The notes beneath the pieces are model-generated. The model saw only the letters and a list, made by a program, of their open reading frames with translations. It was not told the origin of the DNA and made no database searches. A program made the position numbers and the translations under genes. 64,000 nt of DNA from an uncultured Myxococcales bacterium. GTDB lineage: Bacteria; Myxococcota; Kuafuiibacteriia; Kuafuiibacteriales; Kuafuiibacteriaceae. The stretch is from positions 1,889-65,888 of the forward strand of contig CAYXDO010000049.1 of the NCBI GenBank assembly GCA_964463485.1. The letters run 5' to 3'. Shown here piece after piece: positions 49,132 through 58,605 of this stretch (position 1 is the first letter of the stretch; each line of letters opens with the position of its first letter).

Positions 49132-51792
49132 TCACTCCGAAGCTGCGGCAATTTCCGCCTCTAGCGCTCGCAGCGAAGCCAAGGCGTCGCGCACGTCCGA
49201 CGCATCGATTCCGGGCCCAACCCTCGTGCGTACGTCGAGAAATCGTCGCTCGAACCTGGCCAGCTCGGACGGCTCGACTTTGGCGCTCGACGCGCGGATC
49301 CGAGCGAGAACACCCTTCAGACGCTCCTCCAAAAATCGTTCGCCTTCGAATGAACCCAGATCCAGCTCTGCCAAGGCACGGCGGGCCGCCACTTCGTCTC
49401 GAGCGGCCACCGCGTCTCGCAGCCTTCGTCCGACTTCGGCCGTCGAAGGCACCAACAACAGGTCCGAAAGCTCGAGCCCACGGGAACGTAATTCCGCGCT
49501 GACGGTCGTTCGGACGGCATCTGCGGCCAGGGCCTTCGCCGGCCGCCGTTCCGCCGACGAACCGCGGCGGAGCCCCACCGGAAGCGACTTCGACTTCACC
49601 CTCGCCCATGGCTTGGTGCTCTCCTGGGCCACTGTCGCCGTCGGTGAAAAAACGGCCGAAGCCTCTCGATCCACCTCTGACGCGACCTCGAGTCGCGGAG
49701 CTGCGCTCGCCTCCACACTGGGCGCGGGCTCAGCAGCCAACTCGACCGGCGCTCTCTGCCCCAACAACTTCGCGCCCAAGAGTACGATCGCGATCGACGC
49801 CAAGCACACCGTAAGAGCCGCGATCAACCGAGCGAGCCGGCCCCTCGGAGCCGCGATGACACGAGTCGCGGCTCCTACCCCAGCCAAGAGCTCGACCGAC
49901 GCGAGCGCCTCCGAGGCAGTCGGCCGGTCCCTGACCTCTCGGCACAACATCGCCGTGATGAGCGGCCCCAATGGACCCGCACGTTCGCTGACCACCGGCG
50001 CTCCCGACAGCCTCCGCTCAGCCACCTGCCGCGCCGGCCCCGTGAATGGCCCGGCTCCGTCCAGCATGTAGATCGCCAACAGCCCAACCGAATAGATATC
50101 CGTTGGTGCACCAACGATCTCTGGATTTTGAAGCTGTTCTGGGGACAAGAACCGAAGCGTGCCGACCACGTCGCCGGCGCGCGTGAGGCGGGTAGACTCG
50201 CTCTCCGTCGGCAGAGCGACCCCGAAGTCGAGCACCTTCACCCGACCGTCGTCGAGCTTCATCACGTTGGCCGGCGATAGGTCGCGATGCACGTAGCCCG
50301 CCGCATGAACCTCCTCCAGGGTGGCCAGCACCGAACGAATGATCGGGGCGACCTCGTCCAGCGGCAACGGCCCACGATCTTCGACGATCCCGCGCACGGT
50401 CTTGCCGCGCAAGAGCTCCATCACCATGTAGAGGCGACCGTCGGGTGTGGATCCGCGGTCGATGACCTTCACCAAGCCCTGGTGACTCAACTTCGTCAGC
50501 GCGTCGATCTCGCGGCGAAAACGCTCGTGGGCCCTTCGATGGGTTGCCGGCGTGTGGAGGATCTTGAGCGCGTAGGTCTCGCCGGAGTCCTCACGCACGG
50601 CTTTGAAAACCTCCCCAAAGCCGCCACGGCCGATCGACGCCTGAATTCGATACTCACCGAAGCGAATCGCCGTCTCGTCCTCCTCCGGCGCCGTTGTTTC
50701 GCTCTCTTCGGGCTTGGCATCCCGTGGCTGCGCTCGCTGAGGATCGGGCGCCGTCACGGAGTCAGCCCGTGCCTTCGTGGGCTCGCTCGATCCGGCGGAC
50801 TCCGACGACAGCAGCGACGGCACCGCGACTGCATCGGGCACGTCCGCATTCTCTTCAGGGACCGCAAACAACGCGCTCAAGGGGCTCCGCGCCTTCGGTC
50901 GACCGCCTTGACGCAGACCCGCCATGACCTCGACGAGTGTGTCGCGAGGATCGAGATCGTCACGACTCGCGATCGCTGCGAGCAGCGCACGCCGAAGCTC
51001 GAGGGCGCTCTTCGTGCGGCCCTCGCGCTGAGCGACGAGGGCGCGGGAGATGGGTGTAATCAGGTCGGGCGGGAGACCCGACGGCAGCTCGACCGGCTGT
51101 CCCGCGATCACCTTGCGCCGCAAGGACTCGGAGGCCATCGGATTCTCACCCGAGAGGACCCGAACCAGCACGAGCCCGAGCGCAAAAATATCCGCGCGCG
51201 GATCCGCGACCTCCCCGCGATGCTGCTCGGGCGCCATCCACTCCAGCTTCCCCTTCGAAATGCCCACCTTCGTTCGCGCTTGGCGAGCGTGCGCGAGCGC
51301 GATCCCGAAGTCCGCGAGCTTCACGTCCCCGGCAAAGGAAACCAACACGTTCTCCGGGCTCACGTCCCGATGCACGACACCCAATGAACGTCCGTCACCG
51401 TCTTTCGCGGAGTGGGCATGCTCCAGCGCACGCGCGAGCTCGGAGACTATGAACAACGCCGCTGTCTCGGGGAGCAACTCGCGCCGCTCGGCGCGCTGAT
51501 CTTCGAGCGTCGAAAGATCGACGCCGTCGATCAACTCGAGCGCCTGGAAGGGCGCCCCGTCTAGCTCGCCAAAGTCGAGCAGCGAGACGATGTTCCCGTG
51601 TGAGAGCTGGGAAAGAATTCGGGCCTCATCCAAGAACCCAGCCACGAGCTCGGGATCGTCGAGACTCTCTCGGAGAAGCCGCTTGATGGCTACTCGCCGT
51701 GAGAACCCAAACGCCCCGTGTGATGTCGCCTCGTAGAGGTCCGCCATCCCCCCCCGCTGGATCAGCCGGACCAACTCGTAGCGGGATGCCAC
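49132..51792 (-). CDS. Ser/Thr protein kinase with two tandem kinase domains, TM helix and C-terminal helical domain
   Basis: First domain HRDVSPEN/DFG/WMAPEQ; second domain IGRGGFG/HRDLSPAN/DFG/FLSPEQ. Confidence 0.92.
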   Translation of the reverse strand: MASRYELVRLIQRGGMADLYEATSHGAFGFSRRVAIKRLLRESLDDPELVAGFLDEARILSQLSHGNIVSLLDFGELDGAPFQALELIDGVDLSTLEDQRAERRELLPETAALFIVSELARALEHAHSAKDGDGRSLGVVHRDVSPENVLVSFAGDVKLADFGIALAHARQARTKVGISKGKLEWMAPEQHRGEVADPRADIFALGLVLVRVLSGENPMASESLRRKVIAGQPVELPSGLPPDLITPISRALVAQREGRTKSALELRRALLAAIASRDDLDPRDTLVEVMAGLRQGGRPKARSPLSALFAVPEENADVPDAVAVPSLLSSESAGSSEPTKARADSVTAPDPQRAQPRDAKPEESETTAPEEDETAIRFGEYRIQASIGRGGFGEVFKAVREDSGETYALKILHTPATHRRAHERFRREIDALTKLSHQGLVKVIDRGSTPDGRLYMVMELLRGKTVRGIVEDRGPLPLDEVAPIIRSVLATLEEVHAAGYVHRDLSPANVMKLDDGRVKVLDFGVALPTESESTRLTRAGDVVGTLRFLSPEQLQNPEIVGAPTDIYSVGLLAIYMLDGAGPFTGPARQVAERRLSGAPVVSERAGPLGPLITAMLCREVRDRPTASEALASVELLAGVGAATRVIAAPRGRLARLIAALTVCLASIAIVLLGAKLLGQRAPVELAAEPAPSVEASAAPRLEVASEVDREASAVFSPTATVAQESTKPWARVKSKSLPVGLRRGSSAERRPAKALAADAVRTTVSAELRSRGLELSDLLLVPSTAEVGRRLRDAVAARDEVAARRALAELDLGSFEGERFLEERLKGVLARIRASSAKVEPSELARFERRFLDVRTRVGPGIDASDVRDALASLRALEAEIAAASE

Positions 51793-51875
51793 AAAGAGAG
51801 GCTATACACATTTATAGGACGAGAGATCGGCAACTCGTCCTGGCGCAGAAGGCCTCCGTCTCGTACCGTCTCGCG

Positions 51876-53228
51876 GTGTCCAGAACCGTAGCTCACCACG
51901 TGCCGACCGTGCCGGTCCGACGCCTTCGTGTCGATGTCCTCGATGGCCCCGACGCGGGAAAAAGCCACATCGCCTCCGCGGACGTCATCACGCTCGGCAC
52001 CGCGCCAGGCAACGATCTCATCCTCACCGACCCCACCGTGTCCGGCTATCACCTGGAGCTCCGGTGCGAGGACAACAAGATCACACTCGTCGACCACGGC
52101 TCCACGAACGGCACGGCGCTCGGAGGCGTGCGCCTCGAACGCGCGTCGATCCCCCCAGGAACCCTGCTCAAACTCGGCCGGACCGAGATCCGAGTCGACG
52201 ACGAAGGGACCGTCGACTGCGAAATCCTCGGCGGCGATCACCTGGGCGCCGTGCGCGGCCGCTCTTCGGTCATGCGCAGACTCCTCGCAACCCTGGAGCG
52301 CGCCGCGCGAAGTGATACTTCCGTCCTCCTCCTCGGAGAGACCGGGACTGGCAAAGAAGTCCTCGCCCGCGCCCTCCACGAAGCCAGCCCCCGCCGGGAC
52401 CACCCATTCGAAACCGTCGACTGCGGGGCCTTGATCCCCACACTCACCGCAAGTGAGCTGTTCGGACACGAACGCGGTGCCTTCACCGGCGCCGAACAAC
52501 AACACATCGGAGCCTTCGAACGCGCCCAAGGCGGAACGGTCTTCCTCGATGAGATCGGAGAGCTCCCGCCCACGATCCAAGTAATGCTCCTCGGCGTCCT
52601 CGAACGACGAGTCATGAAACGGCTCGGGGGCAAGACGCCCATTCCCGTCGACGTCCGTGTCGTCGCGGCGACGAACCGGGATCTTCGTGAGGAGGTCAAC
52701 AAAGGGACCTTCCGACAAGACTTGTACTACCGAATCGCGGTACTCATGCTAAGAGTACCGCCGCTTCGCGAACGGCTCGACGACATCCCCATACTCATCG
52801 AGCATTTCCTGCGGGAAGACGGCTACTCGGGACCCATCGAATCGGTGATCGGCCGCTCCGTGCTCTCCACTCTCTCGAGTCATCGCTGGCCCGGCAACGT
52901 CCGCGAGCTGCGAAACTTCGTGGAGGTCGCGCGCGCCATGGGTGAGGCGCCGCCTCTACATGAGTCTGTGGACGCGGAGTCCGCCCCGCACCAAGAGCCC
53001 GCCCCGGAGGGGCTCGCGGTCGACATATCGATCCGAGGGCTCGAGGCGCAGCGCCCGCTCTACAAGGAGCTTCGAGAGATTGTAGTTCGGAAATTCGAGG
53101 AGATTTTCCTCGACCACCTCATGGAACGTACGAGAGGCAACGTCGCCAAGGCGGCTCGAGAGGCCGAGATGGATCGAAATTATCTGACTCAGCTCTTGCA
53201 CCGGCACGGCAAGAAATCGAAGCCCTGA
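51876..53228 (+). CDS. FHA-domain sigma-54-dependent transcriptional activator
   Basis: FHA DHGSTNGT, GETGTGKE, ELFGHERGAFTGA, WPGNVREL, HTH. Start moved to GTG 51876 to avoid overlapping the divergent kinase. Confidence 0.92.
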   Translation: MSRTVAHHVPTVPVRRLRVDVLDGPDAGKSHIASADVITLGTAPGNDLILTDPTVSGYHLELRCEDNKITLVDHGSTNGTALGGVRLERASIPPGTLLKLGRTEIRVDDEGTVDCEILGGDHLGAVRGRSSVMRRLLATLERAARSDTSVLLLGETGTGKEVLARALHEASPRRDHPFETVDCGALIPTLTASELFGHERGAFTGAEQQHIGAFERAQGGTVFLDEIGELPPTIQVMLLGVLERRVMKRLGGKTPIPVDVRVVAATNRDLREEVNKGTFRQDLYYRIAVLMLRVPPLRERLDDIPILIEHFLREDGYSGPIESVIGRSVLSTLSSHRWPGNVRELRNFVEVARAMGEAPPLHESVDAESAPHQEPAPEGLAVDISIRGLEAQRPLYKELREIVVRKFEEIFLDHLMERTRGNVAKAAREAEMDRNYLTQLLHRHGKKSKP

Positions 53229-53307
53229 GTCGTCGCTCGGCTCGAACCCGTCCCGTTCCCGGTCCACCGAGAGCACGGCAGTGGGCTTACGCAACTCCGT
53301 ACCTGGA

Positions 53308-53328
53308 GCACAGGCATCCTGCCTGTGC
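53308..53328. repeat. REP-like hairpin GCACAGGCA-TCC-TGCCTGTGC between convergent genes
   Basis: Perfect 9-bp stem; same family as 11439 and 11493. Confidence 0.65.
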
Positions 53329-53418
53329 GTAAGTCTCGCGGACGATCCAAGCCACCGCCGCAGCCGAACCGAGCCAACGCCAGCCGCCCTTGCCTGAAAA
53401 GGAGGCAGCCCTCAACGC

Positions 53419-54483
53419 CTACTCTCCCTTGGCCTTGGCCGCCCGCTCTTTCGCCGCGGCCTTCAGCGCCTCAACTCGCTTCTTCTTCGCCTCGGCCTCC
53501 GACTCCTCTTGTGGCGGCTCGGGCTCGGGCTCTTGCGGAGCCCTGAGTTGCTCGCGATCGTCGTCTCGCGGCGCGAACACCGCGGCGCGTCCTTTGTTCA
53601 AATCGAACTTCTTGGCTTTGGAGCTCGGCGGCGCGGGTCGCGCTCGCTGCTTCGGCGGTGGCGCGGCAGGTTCTTCCACGCCGGCAGGCTCGGGCGCCTT
53701 GACGGGCCTCGGCTTCTTCGGCTTCGGCGGCTTGACCTCGACGACGAACCCATCGGCGTCTTCGGTCATTCCGGCACCCACCCCTGTCGACGCCAACCCG
53801 CGACGAGGCGCCGGCGCCTGCGGAGCCAATTTCGGCGCAGCCGCCCGCTCCTTGTCCTTCGTCTCCGCCAACACCTTCGCGTCTTCAGGCAGAAGCAAGG
53901 TATTCGCTTGGTCCCGATCCATCCGAGACAGGTCGAGCCCCTGGGCCGCAAAAAGCGTCAGCAGGGCTTCGGGCCCGTGCTCGAGCGCGTAGCTCGCCTC
54001 CTCCTGGTACACCGGCAACGCCCACAACACCTCCGCCGCGCGGTCCCGCCACTCGATGCGTCGAAAGGCGGGAACGAATGACACCGGCGGCATCAACACG
54101 ATCGCGTCCAGGTTCGAAATCGAAGCCAGATCGTCGCGAGCCGGGATCACGTCTCCGACCCCGATCGCCACGCCCTGACGCTCCGCGTACAGCGCCAAGG
54201 AACCAAGCAAGCGCGCGACCGCCTCGGCTCCCTCGAGGGTGGGTCGAGGCCGCAGCATGAAAATACCTTCCATCCGACGGCCGTCCTTCATCACGACCTG
54301 CGACGCCCCGCACGTCGCGAACAACACCGGCGCGTCCCCCCCGCCGGGCGCGAAAAACGCAATCTCCAGCGACGGAAGCGATGGTGATACACCGCCGCCG
54401 AGCGCCAACACGTCCGCCGGCGGACCAAGATGCCGAACCAAATGTTCTCGAACGACCAGGACGTCTGGACTTGGATCTGCCAT
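53419..54483 (-). CDS. Suppressor-of-fused (SUFU)-like domain protein with charged low-complexity tail
   Basis: FATCGAS, IGVGDVI, and VLWALPVYQEEASYALEHGPEALL...DLSR.DR, typical of bacterial SUFU domains. Confidence 0.75.
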   Translation of the reverse strand: MADPSPDVLVVREHLVRHLGPPADVLALGGGVSPSLPSLEIAFFAPGGGDAPVLFATCGASQVVMKDGRRMEGIFMLRPRPTLEGAEAVARLLGSLALYAERQGVAIGVGDVIPARDDLASISNLDAIVLMPPVSFVPAFRRIEWRDRAAEVLWALPVYQEEASYALEHGPEALLTLFAAQGLDLSRMDRDQANTLLLPEDAKVLAETKDKERAAAPKLAPQAPAPRRGLASTGVGAGMTEDADGFVVEVKPPKPKKPRPVKAPEPAGVEEPAAPPPKQRARPAPPSSKAKKFDLNKGRAAVFAPRDDDREQLRAPQEPEPEPPQEESEAEAKKKRVEALKAAAKERAAKAKGE

Positions 54484-55419
54484 GAGACTCTCCAATCGGG
54501 TATCTCAAGTCCGGCTGTTCGCCAAGAGGACCCTTTGCCGCTTCCCAAGAGCCCCTATCCGCGTGGCGAGCTCGCCGGCACCGTTCGCCGCATGTTCCTC
54601 GGCCAAAAGGGCCCCCGCGCCCAACCCTGCGAGCTCATCCTGTCGAAGCGATCAGCCTCCCTCCACCTCGTCTTCGTCGGAGACATCCTGCCCTTGCTGT
54701 TCCGCCGGGTCGCCTTCGAGCCCGACGTCCTGGAGCTCTTCGCCGACGCCGATCTCGTCGTCGGCAACCTGGAGGGCGTCGTCACCGACCGACCCTGGTT
54801 CCCTTTCCTTCAAAAACATTCTCCCGACATCCTGGACGCCCTCCAACTCCTCGCCCCCCTCCCCCGCTGGATCCTCAACCTCGCCAACAATCACGCCGGT
54901 GACTACGGACCCCTCGACTTCTCACGAACCGCCGCCCTCATCGATCGCCGGGGCGCGCGTTTCGTCGGAACGACCGAAAAACCGAGACTCATACTCGCGC
55001 CCAACGTGACACTCACCAGCTGGACGGAGTGGTCGAATCACCCCGCGCCATGGGTTCAAACCCACAACCCAGGAGCCCCCGAGAGTCCGGACCTCCACAT
55101 CGCGTACCCTCACTTCGGCCATGAGTTCGAACGCGAACCCAGACCCGATCGAGGTCCGCCAGACGGATACGAGCTCGTCGTCGGCCATCACCCACACTTC
55201 CCTCAACCCATCATGAGAAGACGCAACCAACTCGTCGCTTGGTCCCTCGGCAACTTCCTCACCGAAGTCAGACTACCCACGATGGGCGAAGGCCTCGTCG
55301 CTCGCGTGGGCATCGCCACCGACGGCCACGCCGCCGTGACCAGCTGCCGCGCGATGCCCATCTTCATCGACCGATCGAAAGAAAACGTAGTCGTGGTGAG
55401 ATTGTCGCCTATGAGATGA
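54430..55419 (+). CDS. CapA/PgsA-family metallophosphoesterase (start uncertain, probably downstream)
   Basis: FVGDI, NLEG, LANNHAGDYG, HFGHE, GHHPH, SLGNF. Confidence 0.8.
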   Translation: MPNQMFSNDQDVWTWICHETLQSGISSPAVRQEDPLPLPKSPYPRGELAGTVRRMFLGQKGPRAQPCELILSKRSASLHLVFVGDILPLLFRRVAFEPDVLELFADADLVVGNLEGVVTDRPWFPFLQKHSPDILDALQLLAPLPRWILNLANNHAGDYGPLDFSRTAALIDRRGARFVGTTEKPRLILAPNVTLTSWTEWSNHPAPWVQTHNPGAPESPDLHIAYPHFGHEFEREPRPDRGPPDGYELVVGHHPHFPQPIMRRRNQLVAWSLGNFLTEVRLPTMGEGLVARVGIATDGHAAVTSCRAMPIFIDRSKENVVVVRLSPMR

Positions 55420-55445
55420 GCTCCCGAATTTCGAAGGGCCAAAGC

Positions 55446-56069
55446 TCAAAAACCCAGCCCGAGCCCCAACGAAACATAGCCCTGCACCGGATCTCTCGGA
55501 GTCACCAACTCCTCGGCATGCGGAAAATAGGCGGCGCCCGCCGCCATCTCTGAAACGAGCTCGAAGCTCTTCGAGAGCGGTATTCGAGCGCGCAGGTGCA
55601 AGGACGCGTCCGGCCCAGCCGTCTCGACCCCCCGCGCGCCCACGTCCGTGAATCGAAAGCCTGCGTCGTCGTCCGACACCTGCAACTCTGCGAAACCCAA
55701 TCCTAAAGACACGTCGAGCCACCAAGAGCTGATCTCGGTGTCGAAGCCGCGAACCTTGAGTCGATAGTGCGACATTTCAGAGTCCGCGTCGTGATGCCAC
55801 ACCCCAGAACCCGTCCCGCAACCCTCGATGCCCAAGAACCAGATGGGCGTGAGCTCCAAGCACACCTCGGGCCGTCCTGAGTTCGCAGAGGATGCGCCAA
55901 AACGGAGGTTCGCATACGTGGCCGGCTCCTCCCCCTCGACCTCGACCTCCGCTCCGATCCCCGTGGCCCCTTCCTCCACCGCCGCTTCCTCCGCCGCTGC
56001 CGCCTCCACCGGAAAGGCCCCGACACAGCCGAGCAGACATACAGACAGAAACACGCGGTTCGATCGCAT
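55446..56069 (-). CDS. Exported hypothetical protein, probable small outer-membrane beta-barrel
   Basis: Signal peptide from ATG 56069, alternating beta-strand pattern, terminal LGLGF. Confidence 0.6.
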   Translation of the reverse strand: MRSNRVFLSVCLLGCVGAFPVEAAAAEEAAVEEGATGIGAEVEVEGEEPATYANLRFGASSANSGRPEVCLELTPIWFLGIEGCGTGSGVWHHDADSEMSHYRLKVRGFDTEISSWWLDVSLGLGFAELQVSDDDAGFRFTDVGARGVETAGPDASLHLRARIPLSKSFELVSEMAAGAAYFPHAEELVTPRDPVQGYVSLGLGLGF

Positions 56070-56176
56070 CGCCAAGAGCGCACCCCGAGCTGTCCCACAA
56101 GTCAAGAACTCTGGCTTGTTGTAGGTATCGGTCGGATAACCGACGACAATCCGCGTCCAGCCCGCCATCGTAGGCC

Positions 56177-57232
56177 ATGGAGTTGCAGGCCATCCCGTCC
56201 CCTGCGCCTCCGCTCCACCTCGTCGAAGACCTCGACCAGGCCCTCGATGAAGCCGCAGAGCGGTCCGAGCAAGCTCGCACCACGCCCGAGCCAGAGCTCC
56301 GCGAGCCCGAGCTCCCCGCACGGCGATGGGTCCCAAGAGAGCTCCTCGGGATGCCGCTCGTGTCCCGCCTCCTTCGCTTCGCCGCCGAAGAATGGCTCAT
56401 GATCGCAGCGGCCTGGGTCGCGATCGCGCTGTCGCCTGGCTGGGCCTACCCGTTCCTCGCGTTCTTCGTGGCGATGCGCTTGCACGCGCTCGGAGTGCTC
56501 CTCCACGACGCGACGCACATGGACCTGCGCGGCAAGGAGCCGGCCGTCCGCCTCCTCGAGCTGCTCGTCGGCTATCCCATCGCCAGCACGCTCGACGCGA
56601 TGCGCTACCACCACCTCCGGCACCACAAGGACAGCGGAATGCCGACGGACCCGTACATGAAACCATCCATGCGCGGCCGCCCCTGGGTTGCGTTACTCAT
56701 CTGGCTGCGACATTTGTTCCTCGTTCCCTGGTGGACCCTTCGCGGGCCCTTCGGATTGGCCGCCGTGGTCATCCCGAGTTTGCGGACGTTTTATGCGCGG
56801 GCATTTCTCCAAGACCGCTCCGGCCACGATCTGACTCTGCATCCGGAGGTCATCCGCTGTGCCAAGGAAGAGCTCGGTCAGGTGTTGTTTCATCTCAGCC
56901 TGGTCTGCTTCGCCACCATTCGGCCCGATTGGGTCATTTGGTATTATTTGATCCCCGCCTGGGTCACCGGATTGCTCGCGGGCTACCGCGTGCTTCGGGA
57001 GCACGACTACGCTCCGACCAAAGACCGCTCAATCCGCACCATCCTGGCCACGACGTGTGACCACAACCTGACCGGAGTGGGTCGCTTCGTGCTCGCGCCT
57101 CGGAACATCGGTTATCACATCGTGCATCACCTTCACCCGCGGGTCGCGCTCGAGAATCTCCCTCGACTGCGCGACTACTATGTGGCTCGCTGGCCGGAAA
57201 CTTATCCGAGCGCGCCGAGGACGCCTCGATGA
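56177..57232 (+). CDS. Membrane fatty-acid desaturase family protein
   Basis: His boxes HDATH, HHLRHH and HIVHHLHP. Confidence 0.88.
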   Translation: MELQAIPSPAPPLHLVEDLDQALDEAAERSEQARTTPEPELREPELPARRWVPRELLGMPLVSRLLRFAAEEWLMIAAAWVAIALSPGWAYPFLAFFVAMRLHALGVLLHDATHMDLRGKEPAVRLLELLVGYPIASTLDAMRYHHLRHHKDSGMPTDPYMKPSMRGRPWVALLIWLRHLFLVPWWTLRGPFGLAAVVIPSLRTFYARAFLQDRSGHDLTLHPEVIRCAKEELGQVLFHLSLVCFATIRPDWVIWYYLIPAWVTGLLAGYRVLREHDYAPTKDRSIRTILATTCDHNLTGVGRFVLAPRNIGYHIVHHLHPRVALENLPRLRDYYVARWPETYPSAPRTPR

Positions 57233-58590
57233 GTGCGACATCCTGCGTGACCAAATGGGTCCTCGGGACCCTCTACCGTCGCCTCGAGGCGGCCGATCGA
57301 GCTCCGCGCGCGGCGCAGCGCGACCTTCATGAGCGACTCTCCCGCGCCCTCTTTGGGACCGCGATCGCCTCGCTCCAGGACCCTCGCGCTCTCGCCGACC
57401 TTGAATCCTACCGGCGGTTCGTCCGCCCGACGACCCACGCCGACATCGCGCCGCTCGTGGAGCACGCGATGTTGCGACCCATCCGGAACGCATTCGAGCG
57501 CGGAGTGACTCGGTCCTTCGGTCACACCTCGTCGGGAAGGAAACACGTCGCTTTCACGCGAGGCCACGTTCGGACGTTCAAAGCCTTTTCTGCGACCGCG
57601 CTCGCCGAAGCGGTCTGTGGCCTCGGGCTCGACGAGCTCCTCGAAGGTCGCACACTCATGATTCAGTCGAGCCTGGAGGTCAGCCGGACTCCGGGCGGCG
57701 CGCTTGCGGGCTACTCGTCGGGAGTCATGCTCGAGCACACGCCGTGGCTGCTGAAAAGAAGGCTCCTCCCAAACTCGGCGGCGCTGCTCGCGCCCACCAT
57801 CGACGCGAGACTCTCAGCCATCGAGCACGCGCTCCTCACGGAGCGCCCCAAGGCCATCACGGGCATACCGGAACACGTCGTAGGCGTCTTGCGCAGACTC
57901 ATGGAAGGATCGCGCGCCCGAGAGGTGACAGACGCGCTCCGCGGCGTCCGCGTCTATGCTTGGTCAGGCACCTCCCTCGGACCGTACCGCCGCTTCTTCG
58001 ACGAGCATCTCGCCCAAAACGCCCGGTTCGTCGACGCGGTGAGTGCCACCGAAGGGCCTCTCGGCATCCACGCGGGCATGCCTGGGCTCTATCGACCGGC
58101 CCTGACCTCGAGCCTGCTCTTGTTCGTGCCCCCCGACGATCCAAGCGATCGCCGGTTCGCCGACGAGCTCGAGCCCGGCCGAAAGTACGAAGTCTGGCTC
58201 GGGAGCTTCGCCGGCCTCCTGGGCTACCGCACCGGAGATGTCATCGAAGTGGACTCGGTCCGTCCGCTGAGATTCCGACTCGCGCCCCGTTCGCTCGACA
58301 TCGATCGCACCTGGGCGGCGCTCGGAACCCACGTCACCGACTTCTGCGTCTATCACCCCCCGCAGAGCGACCGCGCCACCATGCTCGTCGAAAGCCCACG
58401 CTCCCTGAGCCCGGACGTGCTCGGCTCAGTCGCACGAATCCTCGGCGTCGCCGAAGTCGAGGCTCGCTTGCTCGCCGAAGGCACTCTCGCCAAGGCCGCC
58501 CTCGCCGCCACCTTCGAAGGGTTGATCAAACGGCCCTGGTTCCACCGCCGCCCCGAAGTCCACGCTCTCCTCGCCGGTGAGTACGCATGA
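57229..58590 (+). CDS. GH3-family acyl-adenylate/amido synthetase
   Basis: HTSSG, LLAPTIDARL..I, SATEG, GLLGYRTGDVIEV. ATGA-coupled to the desaturase. Confidence 0.75.
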   Translation: MSATSCVTKWVLGTLYRRLEAADRAPRAAQRDLHERLSRALFGTAIASLQDPRALADLESYRRFVRPTTHADIAPLVEHAMLRPIRNAFERGVTRSFGHTSSGRKHVAFTRGHVRTFKAFSATALAEAVCGLGLDELLEGRTLMIQSSLEVSRTPGGALAGYSSGVMLEHTPWLLKRRLLPNSAALLAPTIDARLSAIEHALLTERPKAITGIPEHVVGVLRRLMEGSRAREVTDALRGVRVYAWSGTSLGPYRRFFDEHLAQNARFVDAVSATEGPLGIHAGMPGLYRPALTSSLLLFVPPDDPSDRRFADELEPGRKYEVWLGSFAGLLGYRTGDVIEVDSVRPLRFRLAPRSLDIDRTWAALGTHVTDFCVYHPPQSDRATMLVESPRSLSPDVLGSVARILGVAEVEARLLAEGTLAKAALAATFEGLIKRPWFHRRPEVHALLAGEYA

Positions 58591-58605
58591 GTTGGAACTG
58601 ATCGC

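Noticed and set aside
34700-51800. Prophage, ICE or transposon call for the accessory region
   Set aside because: No integrase, transposase, relaxase or phage structural gene was recognised, and no terminal inverted repeats with target duplication were found.
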